Positions 1 through 8,641 of a stretch of 40,000 nucleotides of DNA are shown here, in pieces. Where the stretch lies: sequence record MK774614.2; one strand, 5' to 3'. The stretch comes from Aeromonas phage CF8. The stretch's first letter is position 1. Every line of letters starts with the position of its first letter. Below the pieces are notes generated by a model. The model was not told the DNA's origin. It did no database searches and saw only the letters and a program-made list of their open reading frames with translations. The translations under genes were made by a program, and so were the position numbers.

Positions 1-109
1 GGATTTTGTTTATATAGGGTTTACGAAGTAAACATCCTTATTTCTGTTAATCAGTAGTCTTTTAAGTTACGTTAAAAGGGATAAACTATAAGGGAATAAA
101 CGTAAATAA

Positions 110-134
110 AATAGTTATGTATATTATATGTGTG
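110..134 (+). promoter_or_regulatory. AT-rich promoter-like element (TTATGTATATTATATGTGTG)
   Basis: Resembles the other intergenic AT-rich elements in this window (e.g. 4361-4397) that lie upstream of gene runs. Confidence 0.35.
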
Positions 135-483
135 AAATAGCTTCGATAACACTTTCCCTCTATCCACCCGGGTGTTATCAATGGGGTTATTTCATTTCTT
201 CCTCTTGTTCTTTTGGGTGGACCTACGGGGATTTTCTTCATTCTCCTTCTACCCCGGTTTGATTACTATCTTTATATTTATCTTTAATAGACTAAGTAAA
301 GTAAAATAGCAAAGATAATAAACAATTAGAAAATAGAAAAGAATACAGGAAATAAGAACAAGAGAAGATTACCGGAAAAGGGGTCCGGGGAAAAACCAAT
401 TTATACCTAAAACCAATCTGGAGAGCAATCTCTGGGTTGGGTAGGGGTTTGTTTGTCCAATAAACATTTTAGAGGAATTTACT

Positions 484-1005
484 ATGAAATTAAGAATGTC
501 TATTTTGAAAGGTCGTATTCAATCCAGAAGTCTTGACCTGGTTAAATTCATGAACAAAGAACTTGAGGAGATCTGTTTTTCAATTTCAGTTGATATGGAT
601 TATAAGTTGATTTTGAAAAGAGCTTATGAAACCAGGTATTCCATTTCAGTGATTGACGGAATCACTAAAGAAAACAGGGACTTTGGGTTTGGTGAATACC
701 TCCCATCCACAGGAATAAAAGACAGTGAAGTATTTTTGAAAATAGAACATGATCTACTTAGTTTATTTGGCGGGTTAATGTTTGATCAGTTTGTAAGTGT
801 TCAACAGGAAAGAACGAAGGGGAGAAAACGTCTTCTTGCAATTATTGTTGAACATAATCCGGGATTCCCTGAAGAAAGCGCAAAAGCGTTATTGGAAAAG
901 AAACCCCAGGGGTTAGAATCAACGGTATTGAACAATGCTTTAAAGATTTGTAAAACCAAATTTATTCATGGTCTTTTTATGGACTATGTTGATTTTCAAA
1001 TATAA
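484..1005 (+). CDS. hypothetical protein, accessory small-ORF array
   Basis: 173-aa ORF with upstream AGAGGAATTTACT; downstream small ORFs are co-oriented and tightly spaced. Confidence 0.7.
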   Translation: MKLRMSILKGRIQSRSLDLVKFMNKELEEICFSISVDMDYKLILKRAYETRYSISVIDGITKENRDFGFGEYLPSTGIKDSEVFLKIEHDLLSLFGGLMFDQFVSVQQERTKGRKRLLAIIVEHNPGFPEESAKALLEKKPQGLESTVLNNALKICKTKFIHGLFMDYVDFQI

Positions 1006-1034
1006 TCCATAACCATTTTAGAGAGGTTAAAGTA

Positions 1035-1559
1035 ATGAGGTCTTCTTTTCAATTTGGGGTAGTGCGGGATGTTGCTCATCTTAAAACACTGATGGGGTTG
1101 TTACATCGTCCAGTTTACACATTTGAAAAACATAATCGATTTCATGAGTTTATGGCGGGACGTAAAGTCAGGGCAATGGTGATGAAAGGGTTTTATATTC
1201 AATTTCATCACTGTGTTCGCCAGGGTAAGAAATGGATCGATATCAGTTACTCTGTTCGGGAAGGGAATTTGAGTTACTTTATTGGTTCATTTGAATTTAT
1301 GCGTTATTCTACAAAAGCACACATTGTTAAGTTCATTACTCAGCAAATGTTGGGGATTATGTTCGATAGGATGCTCTTACAGAACGTTGTGGTGTACGAA
1401 GGTGAAAACGTACTGGCTAAGATCAAGAATGCGAATACGAGCCTTGAGAGAGCATTCTGGGACGCAGTTAGAAATAAACTCAAAAAACAGTTTATGGGAA
1501 TCAAATCAGGATCGGAAAGTGATCTTCTTTACTTGCGATCCATTCCAGTTCAATTTTAA
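1035..1559 (+). CDS. hypothetical protein, possible member of divergent paralogous family
   Basis: 174-aa ORF, upstream AGAGAGGTTAAAGTA, co-oriented. Confidence 0.7.
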   Translation: MRSSFQFGVVRDVAHLKTLMGLLHRPVYTFEKHNRFHEFMAGRKVRAMVMKGFYIQFHHCVRQGKKWIDISYSVREGNLSYFIGSFEFMRYSTKAHIVKFITQQMLGIMFDRMLLQNVVVYEGENVLAKIKNANTSLERAFWDAVRNKLKKQFMGIKSGSESDLLYLRSIPVQF

Positions 1560-1578
1560 CTTAGGCAGGATGTTAATC

Positions 1579-2535
1579 ATGTTGAATAAACGCTATAACG
1601 AAATCATTCGATCCTTTAAAGAGCAGTTTCAAAAATCCACCCCGGCTCCTTTTAACTTGAGTCCCCCTTCTTGTTTGAACAATGACGAGGTGTTATCCAG
1701 TACCTTTTTCTTTATTCAAGCAATTAAAGGGCTGTTGGCTAATAAGCGGGTTGTTAATCAAACGCTTTGGATGTACCAGGATAAAAACAAATCCTTTCAG
1801 TTGGTGGTAACAAGACGGTTTGAAAACAATATTTATTTAACGTATGAGAATGGATTATGGGAAGTAACAATCCGCTCTATTACAGGGAGTCTGGTAGGAA
1901 CAACGATTGTACTTGGAGAGGATCTGTACTTCGGGGATGAAGTTTGGAATGAGCTAGAACGCACTGTATCGCGTTTAGAAGCATTTCTAGGGGATGCTGA
2001 CGACTTTCTACATAAAGCGATTAAGAACCTTCCTGTGATCGATATAGGCGGGATTAAACGTAATCGTTTTAACAAGAAGATCAAACCTTCTAGTCTAACC
2101 TTTGATAATGATACACGTTACTTGAATATCTTCACAGTTCACGTAAAGGAATCCGACAAAGGAGAGTTCTATCGTCACCTGGAAGTGAGTATTGAATTAA
2201 ACCCACTGAGAGAGTATGGGTACCGAACAGGAGACTCTATCTTTGGTCGATTGATTAGTCCGGAAGATTGTTACCGGGGAGAACTCCTTGTCTGGAACAA
2301 ATACGCGATTACGTGTTCTTTGGAATGTTTTCCTGGAGATGAAGAAAATCAAATCAGGAAATTATTAACATCGCAGTGCCCTCGGATACTAAAGAACCTT
2401 CATGCTTTTGGAAACTGGGGAGAGGGACGTCTTTATAGTCAACAAAAGGCGTTGACCTTTCCACCCAAAGGCGATGGTGTCACTGACGATACTCAAGCAA
2501 TACAAAATGCCTTAAACACAAATCAAGATAAGTAA
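1579..2535 (+). CDS. hypothetical protein, apparently two similar domains, with C-terminal pectate-lyase-like N-cap remnant (PPKGDGVTDDTQAIQNAL)
   Basis: The listed ORF 1282..2535 overlaps the previous gene; ATG at 1570 or 1579 after AGGCAGG is a better start. The C-terminal 30 aa match the tailspike motif at about 9.1 kb. Confidence 0.65.
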   Translation: MLNKRYNEIIRSFKEQFQKSTPAPFNLSPPSCLNNDEVLSSTFFFIQAIKGLLANKRVVNQTLWMYQDKNKSFQLVVTRRFENNIYLTYENGLWEVTIRSITGSLVGTTIVLGEDLYFGDEVWNELERTVSRLEAFLGDADDFLHKAIKNLPVIDIGGIKRNRFNKKIKPSSLTFDNDTRYLNIFTVHVKESDKGEFYRHLEVSIELNPLREYGYRTGDSIFGRLISPEDCYRGELLVWNKYAITCSLECFPGDEENQIRKLLTSQCPRILKNLHAFGNWGEGRLYSQQKALTFPPKGDGVTDDTQAIQNALNTNQDK

Positions 2536-2561
2536 TAAATCTTACTAAAAGGAAACCTTCT

Positions 2562-3365
2562 ATGTCCGCATTAACTGTTGTTTATAACCCGATGTTCAGT
2601 TTCTATAAAAATATCCGAGGTGGGAATAATGTATTTGATCCCAGTGCCCAAGGGACGCATGAGATAACTGGAAAATTCGATGGGGTGAAATATACCATTG
2701 ATATCAGTCACACTCTGGGTTCGATGTTCTTTAGTGGGAACGTTGGGGACGGTGGGTTTATTATTCAAGCGCCCTTGCACGGAACAGCTCAGCTTTACAT
2801 TGGGAAAAGCGTAGCAGATGCATTTTCTAAAAGCTTGGGTAATGATGATCCGGAAGGGGTTGCTATTCCCAGTGCTTTTTGCAATGAGTTTGCTAACGAA
2901 GACAAAGTCATTGAGTTCTTTGACTTCTTGTTCAGTGCTGAAAAGTACGGTAATGCAGTTCACACCGCACTAAAGAAAATGCATCCCGACGACTCCCAAC
3001 CTAACAATGTCCCTGCAACTACGCTTAAAGATCAAGCTGATAAGTTGTTGTTAGCAAGAGCACTGGTCAGAACCTGGGGTCAGAAGTTTATCAGTAACAT
3101 GGATCTTGACACGGTAGAAAAGGCGGGTGGGGTTATTGTTCCAGAAGAACTCTTTGCAGATAAACTTTGTGTAGAGTTTAAAGACTATCGTATTCAAATG
3201 TACAAACAAGACATGAAAGTCTTTGTTAAAGCATTTGACAATACTGAAGATGGCGTAGACCCTCAGTACGAAAACGTATATGTCACTGGGCCTGTCTTTG
3301 TATTGACTAGTGAAAACAAGTATCTGGTTGATCTCTTACTGGGCGCAATTAACTTCATTAGTTAA
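2562..3365 (+). CDS. hypothetical protein
   Basis: 267-aa ORF with AAAAGGAAACC RBS region; the N-terminal region resembles the product of 7762-8085. Confidence 0.75.
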   Translation: MSALTVVYNPMFSFYKNIRGGNNVFDPSAQGTHEITGKFDGVKYTIDISHTLGSMFFSGNVGDGGFIIQAPLHGTAQLYIGKSVADAFSKSLGNDDPEGVAIPSAFCNEFANEDKVIEFFDFLFSAEKYGNAVHTALKKMHPDDSQPNNVPATTLKDQADKLLLARALVRTWGQKFISNMDLDTVEKAGGVIVPEELFADKLCVEFKDYRIQMYKQDMKVFVKAFDNTEDGVDPQYENVYVTGPVFVLTSENKYLVDLLLGAINFIS

Positions 3366-3377
3366 AGGAAATCTGTT

Positions 3378-3770
3378 ATGGCAAATTTTATTCAAATCAG
3401 TGAAATGAGCAGTGTGTTTGTGGACGGTAGAAATGTAATTAATTTCGAAGAAGCGCCGTTTTCAACCCATTCCCCGGTTATCTCTTTTATTAGATGGGAT
3501 TTTTATGTAGAGCAGCTAAACAACTTCATGTTTGAAAAATATAAATATGATCCTGCACTAGATTTTCAAGAGCCGGACGACTGCACACTCAATTATTATG
3601 TACTTGATCCAGAATTAGTTACAGAAATAATTGACATGCTAAAAACTGCCCATGTCAGTAGCGAAAGTATCTGGAAAGATGAGCAAAAGCTTTCCGATCT
3701 GGTTGATGCACTGTTAAGATGCCAAAATGGAAGACCTGGATTCCAGTACGTGATCAGCTGGGATTACTAA
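3378..3770 (+). CDS. hypothetical protein
   Basis: 130-aa ORF, AAAGGAAATCTGTT upstream. Confidence 0.7.
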   Translation: MANFIQISEMSSVFVDGRNVINFEEAPFSTHSPVISFIRWDFYVEQLNNFMFEKYKYDPALDFQEPDDCTLNYYVLDPELVTEIIDMLKTAHVSSESIWKDEQKLSDLVDALLRCQNGRPGFQYVISWDY

Positions 3771-3809
3771 TTTTTGTGGGTTTATATTTAAATCTAAAAG
3801 GAAAATGCC

Positions 3810-4313
3810 ATGTTTACATGTTCGCCCAAAGATGTTTATTTTTCAATAATCGCTTTTGCAAGTAACCGGTTTAAAGTTTATCCATTAACTGTCGGTCAAG
3901 AAATACAACTCGCGCTGTGCGACGAGATCGAACTGATCGTGATTCGTGAAAATGAAGAAGACTTGAAAGTTAATCTTGTCGATACCCTAAACAAGCAGGA
4001 GTTGTGTTTGGGAAAAGTAATATATGGGCAAACCCCAGGAGCTATTCTGAAAAGTTTAGCTGGGTTGGTTCATAAACACATGTTCCATAAAGTAATGACA
4101 GTTCATGGACTGGATGATATATTTTCACCAGATCATGAGTTTAACGAGCAGACCTACGATCGGTTAGTAGTCTCGCTTAATAAGAATAATCTCATTAAAA
4201 TCAAAACACATTGTTGGAAACAGTGGTGTCGAGCCATGATGACCGAAATAGAAAACAAGTATTACAATTTGGAGAAGTTTCAAAATACTCAAGTTTCTCT
4301 ATTTTTAAAGTAA
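3810..4313 (+). CDS. hypothetical protein
   Basis: 167-aa ORF, AAAAGGAAAATGCC upstream; followed by a terminator-like hairpin. Confidence 0.7.
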   Translation: MFTCSPKDVYFSIIAFASNRFKVYPLTVGQEIQLALCDEIELIVIRENEEDLKVNLVDTLNKQELCLGKVIYGQTPGAILKSLAGLVHKHMFHKVMTVHGLDDIFSPDHEFNEQTYDRLVVSLNKNNLIKIKTHCWKQWCRAMMTEIENKYYNLEKFQNTQVSLFLK

Positions 4314-4327
4314 TAGAAAATGTTCTC

Positions 4328-4349
4328 ATGGGTGGTTAATTCCACCCAT
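4328..4349 (+). terminator. intrinsic terminator-like hairpin
   Basis: ATGGGTGG-TTAATT-CCACCCAT followed by TTTCTT. Confidence 0.6.
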
Positions 4350-4360
4350 TTTCTTAAATT

Positions 4361-4397
4361 TATTTATTTTTTCAATGTAAATATATATTATATGTAA
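4361..4397 (+). promoter_or_regulatory. AT-rich promoter-like element (TTATTTTTTCAATGTAAATATATATTATATGTAA)
   Basis: Similar in layout to elements at 15821, 27345 and 10478 and directly downstream of a terminator. Confidence 0.4.
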
Positions 4398-4886
4398 TTG
4401 GTTTCATTTCTCGATTGATGAATTCACTTTTCTGATGATTTTCTTCTTTTTATTTCACCTTATTCATTATTAAAAAATAATGTTTATGGGGGAATAAAAA
4501 GGGGGCCATCAGTCAAGCGGGGTCCATCAGTCAAGAGCGGGTCCAATTACTCCAGTCCAATTAAGAGTCGGGTGAAACCCAATTATACTTAATTAAAAGT
4601 GAAATGAGATATATGGATAAGGATAAGGTTATGAACGAAGTGAGTAACATCCTTTATTCCATATAGCGAATGAACTCCAGTTGAATTGGCTTTAAGAAAA
4701 TTCAATTACAAGAAAAGTAAATACAGAAATAAGAAAACAGAAATGAATTAGAAATTAGAGTAAACTAGACAATTAAAATACTTAACTATCTGCTTAGAGG
4801 GAGTACCTCTAGGTGGGTAGGGGTTATGTTTGTTTACTGTTAGGTTAATTACCTGAAAGAGTTATATTAGACTAGGAAAAGAGAAA

Positions 4887-5240
4887 ATGAAGGAATGGAT
4901 AAGAAAGTTAATAAAAACGTGTATGAAGCGGTATACGATTGATATGTTATTTTATCATGATGTTCGCTATATGGAGAAGAGGAGGAAAGGAAGTCGTTAT
5001 ATGGATTACATGGGGTTAGATGGGAGATGTCACAGAGCGAAGGTAGAATGGAGACATGAAGAAGGGTATTTGGTGTTTTGGATAGTGAGGGGAAGTTATT
5101 TAGGGATACGGGAATTGGATATCTGGAAACAGTATAAGTTTATTAGTATCTGGTTATTAGAAGAACGTTATATGGGATTAACGATTGTGTATAAGAATCC
5201 GTGTTCAAGCTATAGACAAAAGAATTTCGTTATTCTATAA
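4887..5240 (+). CDS. hypothetical basic protein
   Basis: 117-aa ORF rich in AGA/AGG/ATA codons, unlike neighbours; AGGAAAAGAGAAA upstream. Confidence 0.45.
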   Translation: MKEWIRKLIKTCMKRYTIDMLFYHDVRYMEKRRKGSRYMDYMGLDGRCHRAKVEWRHEEGYLVFWIVRGSYLGIRELDIWKQYKFISIWLLEERYMGLTIVYKNPCSSYRQKNFVIL

Positions 5241-5313
5241 ATTTATAGAACGATATTATTACCGTGTTGAAACACGAATCGTTATTAGATTAATTTAGAA
5301 TAAGGAATAGAAA

Positions 5314-5880
5314 ATGGAAAGTTACTACGTTGAAGACATGACGTTTAAACAAGCTAGGACGCTTTGTGGGGTGTTGTTCCATAAGACAAGCAAATCTACG
5401 TTGGTAAGTGAGAAAGGTGATGTAGAGCTTCTGACGAAGGCTGAGGAAGGGTTTGATCATCTCCTTGGGAATAGTCGATTTGTTTATACCCAAACCCCCA
5501 GTGAACATAACCAACCTTTTGGGATCACGTGGTGTTGTGGCCTGTCTGGTGACGATAATCGAACACTGATGCTTCAGTGCGGGGAAGAAACAGTTGACGA
5601 TCTGGATGTCAAACTTGTTAGCAATTTAGAAAAACTGTTTAATCCTGCTTGTCGAAGCCAGTCTATTCGATTCGAGCACAATGGTGGTGTTTGGGAGCTG
5701 GTTGTTCTGCAAAACTTTAGATCAACGCAATATCTATTAAGAAGGGAATTGGTGAAACCAACTGGAATGGCTAACTACTTCCCTGTGTTTGAATATGAAC
5801 AAGTTGATAAGTTTCCTAGATTTTATTCTGTCATCGAACAGTTTAAACAACAGTTAGTGGATTTTTATACACCAGAATAA
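5314..5880 (+). CDS. hypothetical protein, small-ORF array
   Basis: 188-aa ORF, co-oriented, AGGAATAGAAA RBS. Confidence 0.7.
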   Translation: MESYYVEDMTFKQARTLCGVLFHKTSKSTLVSEKGDVELLTKAEEGFDHLLGNSRFVYTQTPSEHNQPFGITWCCGLSGDDNRTLMLQCGEETVDDLDVKLVSNLEKLFNPACRSQSIRFEHNGGVWELVVLQNFRSTQYLLRRELVKPTGMANYFPVFEYEQVDKFPRFYSVIEQFKQQLVDFYTPE

Positions 5881-5896
5881 CAAAAGGACTAAGAAA

Positions 5897-6505
5897 ATGG
5901 AAATTACTGCAAATGCAATTAAGAATAACATCCAAGCTATTTATGAAGGAATTGAAAAGTGCCGAGTGGCTTATAAAAGTCACTCTGTGCTAGGTCAACT
6001 TTACAATGTCGATTTGGGGATATGTACTATTGGACTTTCTAATTCGGCCATTAACCACACTTTGTTTGTTACACCATCTGTGAATGGATTAAATAAAGGA
6101 TCCATTGGGTTTTCAGAAACAGAGGTTCAAGAAGACACTATCAGTATTGAAGAGTATGGATTAGTGTTGGACAACTTTATTGGTTCCATGATTGCGGGAA
6201 TTAGTCAGGTTGCGTATACGCAATGGAGAGACGAAGTTCAGTTAGTTGATGTCTTGACAAGCAAATCGTACCAAGCACTCTCAGAACTCTTTCCAGAAGT
6301 GTTTGGGATGGTGTTGGATCCCGCTGTCCATGGATATGATATTCGTATTGTTGATGCGAATGGAGAACTTCTTTATCACAGTGCAGGTGAATGCGAAGCA
6401 CTTGCTCACTTGGATTGGGATCGACTGGAAATGGAAATCAAACTTGCTTGGCTCTTTATGTACAATCAAGGATTAGGTTTTCAAGACCGTGTTGTTAATA
6501 TCTAA
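5897..6505 (+). CDS. hypothetical protein
   Basis: 202-aa ORF, AAAAGGACTAAGAAA upstream. Confidence 0.75.
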   Translation: MEITANAIKNNIQAIYEGIEKCRVAYKSHSVLGQLYNVDLGICTIGLSNSAINHTLFVTPSVNGLNKGSIGFSETEVQEDTISIEEYGLVLDNFIGSMIAGISQVAYTQWRDEVQLVDVLTSKSYQALSELFPEVFGMVLDPAVHGYDIRIVDANGELLYHSAGECEALAHLDWDRLEMEIKLAWLFMYNQGLGFQDRVVNI

Positions 6506-6516
6506 AGGAAAATAAG

Positions 6517-7188
6517 ATGACTTTACTGGAACGGTTGGAACAAGAAGATTTGATCTTTGGTGTGGACGGTTACAATGTTCACGAATTTCTCAAACGCTGG
6601 GAACGAGAATTGTCATTGTTAGAACGTGTTACTGAAGAGGATCCGGTTTGTAGTTATCACAACTACTCACACTTAGTGGGAACTGGGATGATTATGGAGA
6701 AGCTCATTAGCCAAACCGATCTGGATCACAGCGCCATGAAACTGGGCGTCATTGCAGCGCTTTACCATGATTTTCGTTACGGTGGGTTTAAGAACGATGA
6801 TGATAACATCCGGCTGACCTGTAACAGTTTTATGACAACAGGGACAGGAATAGTTGGTTCTTCAATAGACCGGACTATTATCAACTCGGTCATTATTCAA
6901 ACACGCTATCCTTATAACCCAGCAACTCAACTGAGTTATACTGGGAAAGTGCTTCGTGATGCGGATCGATTGTACGGACAAGTCTTCTGTTCTCCAGAGA
7001 TGATTAATCGACTCTATTTGGCTCGTGGCCACATCGATGGTATTTACACGTTAGAGGAATTTGTAATACGTAATCTGGAATTTGTTAAAACATTCGAAAG
7101 TTTCTCTCAGGAAGGAAAGGTTCTGTACGAGCAAACAAAAGAGCGTTCTATTGATCTGCATTTGAAGATGCTCAATATTTACAATTAA
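6517..7188 (+). CDS. HD-domain metal-dependent phosphohydrolase
   Basis: 223 aa with SYHNYSHLVG, AALYHDFRYGG (HD) and VLRDADRLYG, the motif order of HD superfamily phosphohydrolases. Confidence 0.8.
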   Translation: MTLLERLEQEDLIFGVDGYNVHEFLKRWERELSLLERVTEEDPVCSYHNYSHLVGTGMIMEKLISQTDLDHSAMKLGVIAALYHDFRYGGFKNDDDNIRLTCNSFMTTGTGIVGSSIDRTIINSVIIQTRYPYNPATQLSYTGKVLRDADRLYGQVFCSPEMINRLYLARGHIDGIYTLEEFVIRNLEFVKTFESFSQEGKVLYEQTKERSIDLHLKMLNIYN

Positions 7189-7199
7189 ATAGGGATTGT

Positions 7200-7250
7200 T
7201 TTAATATCCATTTTATTTCAAACCTATATTACTAAAGTGATAAACAACCA
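7200..7250 (+). promoter_or_regulatory. promoter-like cassette, copy A (contains TATATTAC)
   Basis: TTTAATATCCATTTTATTTCAAACCTATATTACTAAAGTGATAAACAACCA; near-identical copy at 31029-31079. Confidence 0.65.
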
Positions 7251-7277
7251 ACTTATTTTAGCAAAAGGAATACAGTC

Positions 7278-7730
7278 ATGGACATCCAAGCAAAACAGGT
7301 CTTTCTTGACAATCTCTCAGCCATCATTTCTAATGATAACTTGTTAAGGCAAAAGCCTATAGCCGGTGAAGATTTTGTTGAACTGGTGATCAACAAACGA
7401 CGTAAACTGGATGTTTTTACTTCCGCAGTTTTCGTTTACTTTACTAACGTCATTACGCAGCGCGGATACCTGGCTGGAAATATCCATCAGTTCCGGATTA
7501 TTCATCTGGTTGCTGAAGTTCTGACAACCGCATTTGTGCTTTATGACACCGGCCGTGGTCATCCGGATTTCAATAACAGAACAAAAGAACAACTCATGGC
7601 TTGGATAGATAAAAAGTTGGAGGAGTCCTTTTCTTATGGTCTCCCTGACTGTTATCGCCCCAGTGCTCAGTCACTGAAGTACATCATGGATGACTTTGAT
7701 CGTCTTGTGAGTGTCGCCAAGCAACGTTAA
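7278..7730 (+). CDS. hypothetical protein downstream of promoter-like cassette A
   Basis: 150-aa ORF, AAAAGGAATACAGTC upstream. Confidence 0.75.
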   Translation: MDIQAKQVFLDNLSAIISNDNLLRQKPIAGEDFVELVINKRRKLDVFTSAVFVYFTNVITQRGYLAGNIHQFRIIHLVAEVLTTAFVLYDTGRGHPDFNNRTKEQLMAWIDKKLEESFSYGLPDCYRPSAQSLKYIMDDFDRLVSVAKQR

Positions 7731-7761
7731 TAGCACACCTTTATATCACCAGGAGTCAAAA

Positions 7762-8085
7762 ATGTCTAACATCAACAATCCTATCACTGAACTGCTGAAA
7801 GTGTTTTCAAATCCCGATAATACATTTAACCCAGAAATGTATTGTGACGGCCAGGTAAATGGAAAATATAAAGGGATAGAGTATAGTCTCACTAAGAAGT
7901 TTTGTTGCGGTTCAGGATTTATCCGTGGTATGGTGGGGGATCAAAAGGTCGCGATCTTTGCGCCGTACAATCAAATGGTCCAGGTATACATCAATGATAG
8001 CGACACCGTTTCATTGAATGTAAACCCGCACACGGTAAGAAGTTCTGATATTATTCCGGTCCTTGAACAACTGTTCGGTTGCTAA
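7762..8085 (+). CDS. hypothetical protein
   Basis: Listed ORF begins at 7711 but the CAGGAGTCAAAA RBS precedes the ATG at 7762; sequence resembles the N-terminal region of the 2562-3365 product. Confidence 0.7.
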   Translation: MSNINNPITELLKVFSNPDNTFNPEMYCDGQVNGKYKGIEYSLTKKFCCGSGFIRGMVGDQKVAIFAPYNQMVQVYINDSDTVSLNVNPHTVRSSDIIPVLEQLFGC

Positions 8086-8095
8086 AGTCAATGAC

Positions 8096-8128
8096 TTACC
8101 TTACCTTCCCATTGGGAAGGTAAGGTAA
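8096..8128 (+). terminator. intrinsic terminator-like hairpin
   Basis: TTACCTTACCTTCCC-ATT-GGGAAGGTAAGGTAA, 15-bp arms, T-rich downstream (ATTTTTTATTTT). Confidence 0.65.
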
Positions 8129-8177
8129 TCTTACACATTTTTTATTTTGTGTATTACAACTATAAGGAAGACACGGG

Positions 8178-8462
8178 ATGATAGTTCAACTAGTAGAAGA
8201 CATTTGTTACAACACCTCTGCTGCGCTTAATGGAAAAATACTTAAACGTATTTCAGCTAGAACATGTTTAATTGAAGAAACGAACAATCGACTAACAAGC
8301 ATTGGCGGGAATAAATTTACGGGACTCAATGATCGACTTCAGTTTAAACATGCTATTAAAAAGAATGAAGGAAAATGGGAAAGTAAAGTCATTGATTTGG
8401 TTGATAAAACAGAAGTATTAATCGCTCACGGGTATTTTGTTCGTGGGGAAGATTTGATTTAA
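8178..8462 (+). CDS. hypothetical protein
   Basis: 94-aa ORF with AAGGAAGACACGGG upstream, flanked by two hairpins. Confidence 0.65.
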   Translation: MIVQLVEDICYNTSAALNGKILKRISARTCLIEETNNRLTSIGGNKFTGLNDRLQFKHAIKKNEGKWESKVIDLVDKTEVLIAHGYFVRGEDLI

Positions 8463-8491
8463 CCTAGGTTCCTTATAAAGTTATAAATGTC

Positions 8492-8527
8492 AACATCTCT
8501 ATTACCGGCTATGGTAATAGAGATGTT
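8492..8527 (+). terminator. terminator-like hairpin
   Basis: AACATCTCTATTACC-GGCTAT-GGTAATAGAGATGTT, 15-bp perfect stem. Confidence 0.55.
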
Positions 8528-8641
8528 ATAATCAACCATTGTCTTTTGGGATTTTATGTATTTAATTACAAGAGCAAATATATGAGGTTGTTGGATGTCA
8601 CCGACATAACCTTGTCTATCGTAATAAGAAACATTAAGGAA

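Noticed and set aside
1282-1569. N-terminal extension of the ORF listed at 1282..2535
   Set aside because: It overlaps the 1035-1559 gene out of frame; start at 1570/1579 with AGGCAGG is more plausible.
4506-4535. CRISPR-like or phage-encoded array from CCATCAGTCAAG repeats
   Set aside because: Only two 12-nt copies with 6 nt between them; no regular repeat-spacer structure here or elsewhere in the window.
8546-8641. 32-aa N-terminal extension MGFYVFNYKSKYMRLLDVTDIT... of the tailspike
   Set aside because: No RBS, not typical of tailspike N-termini; ATG at 8642/8648 has AAGGAA upstream.
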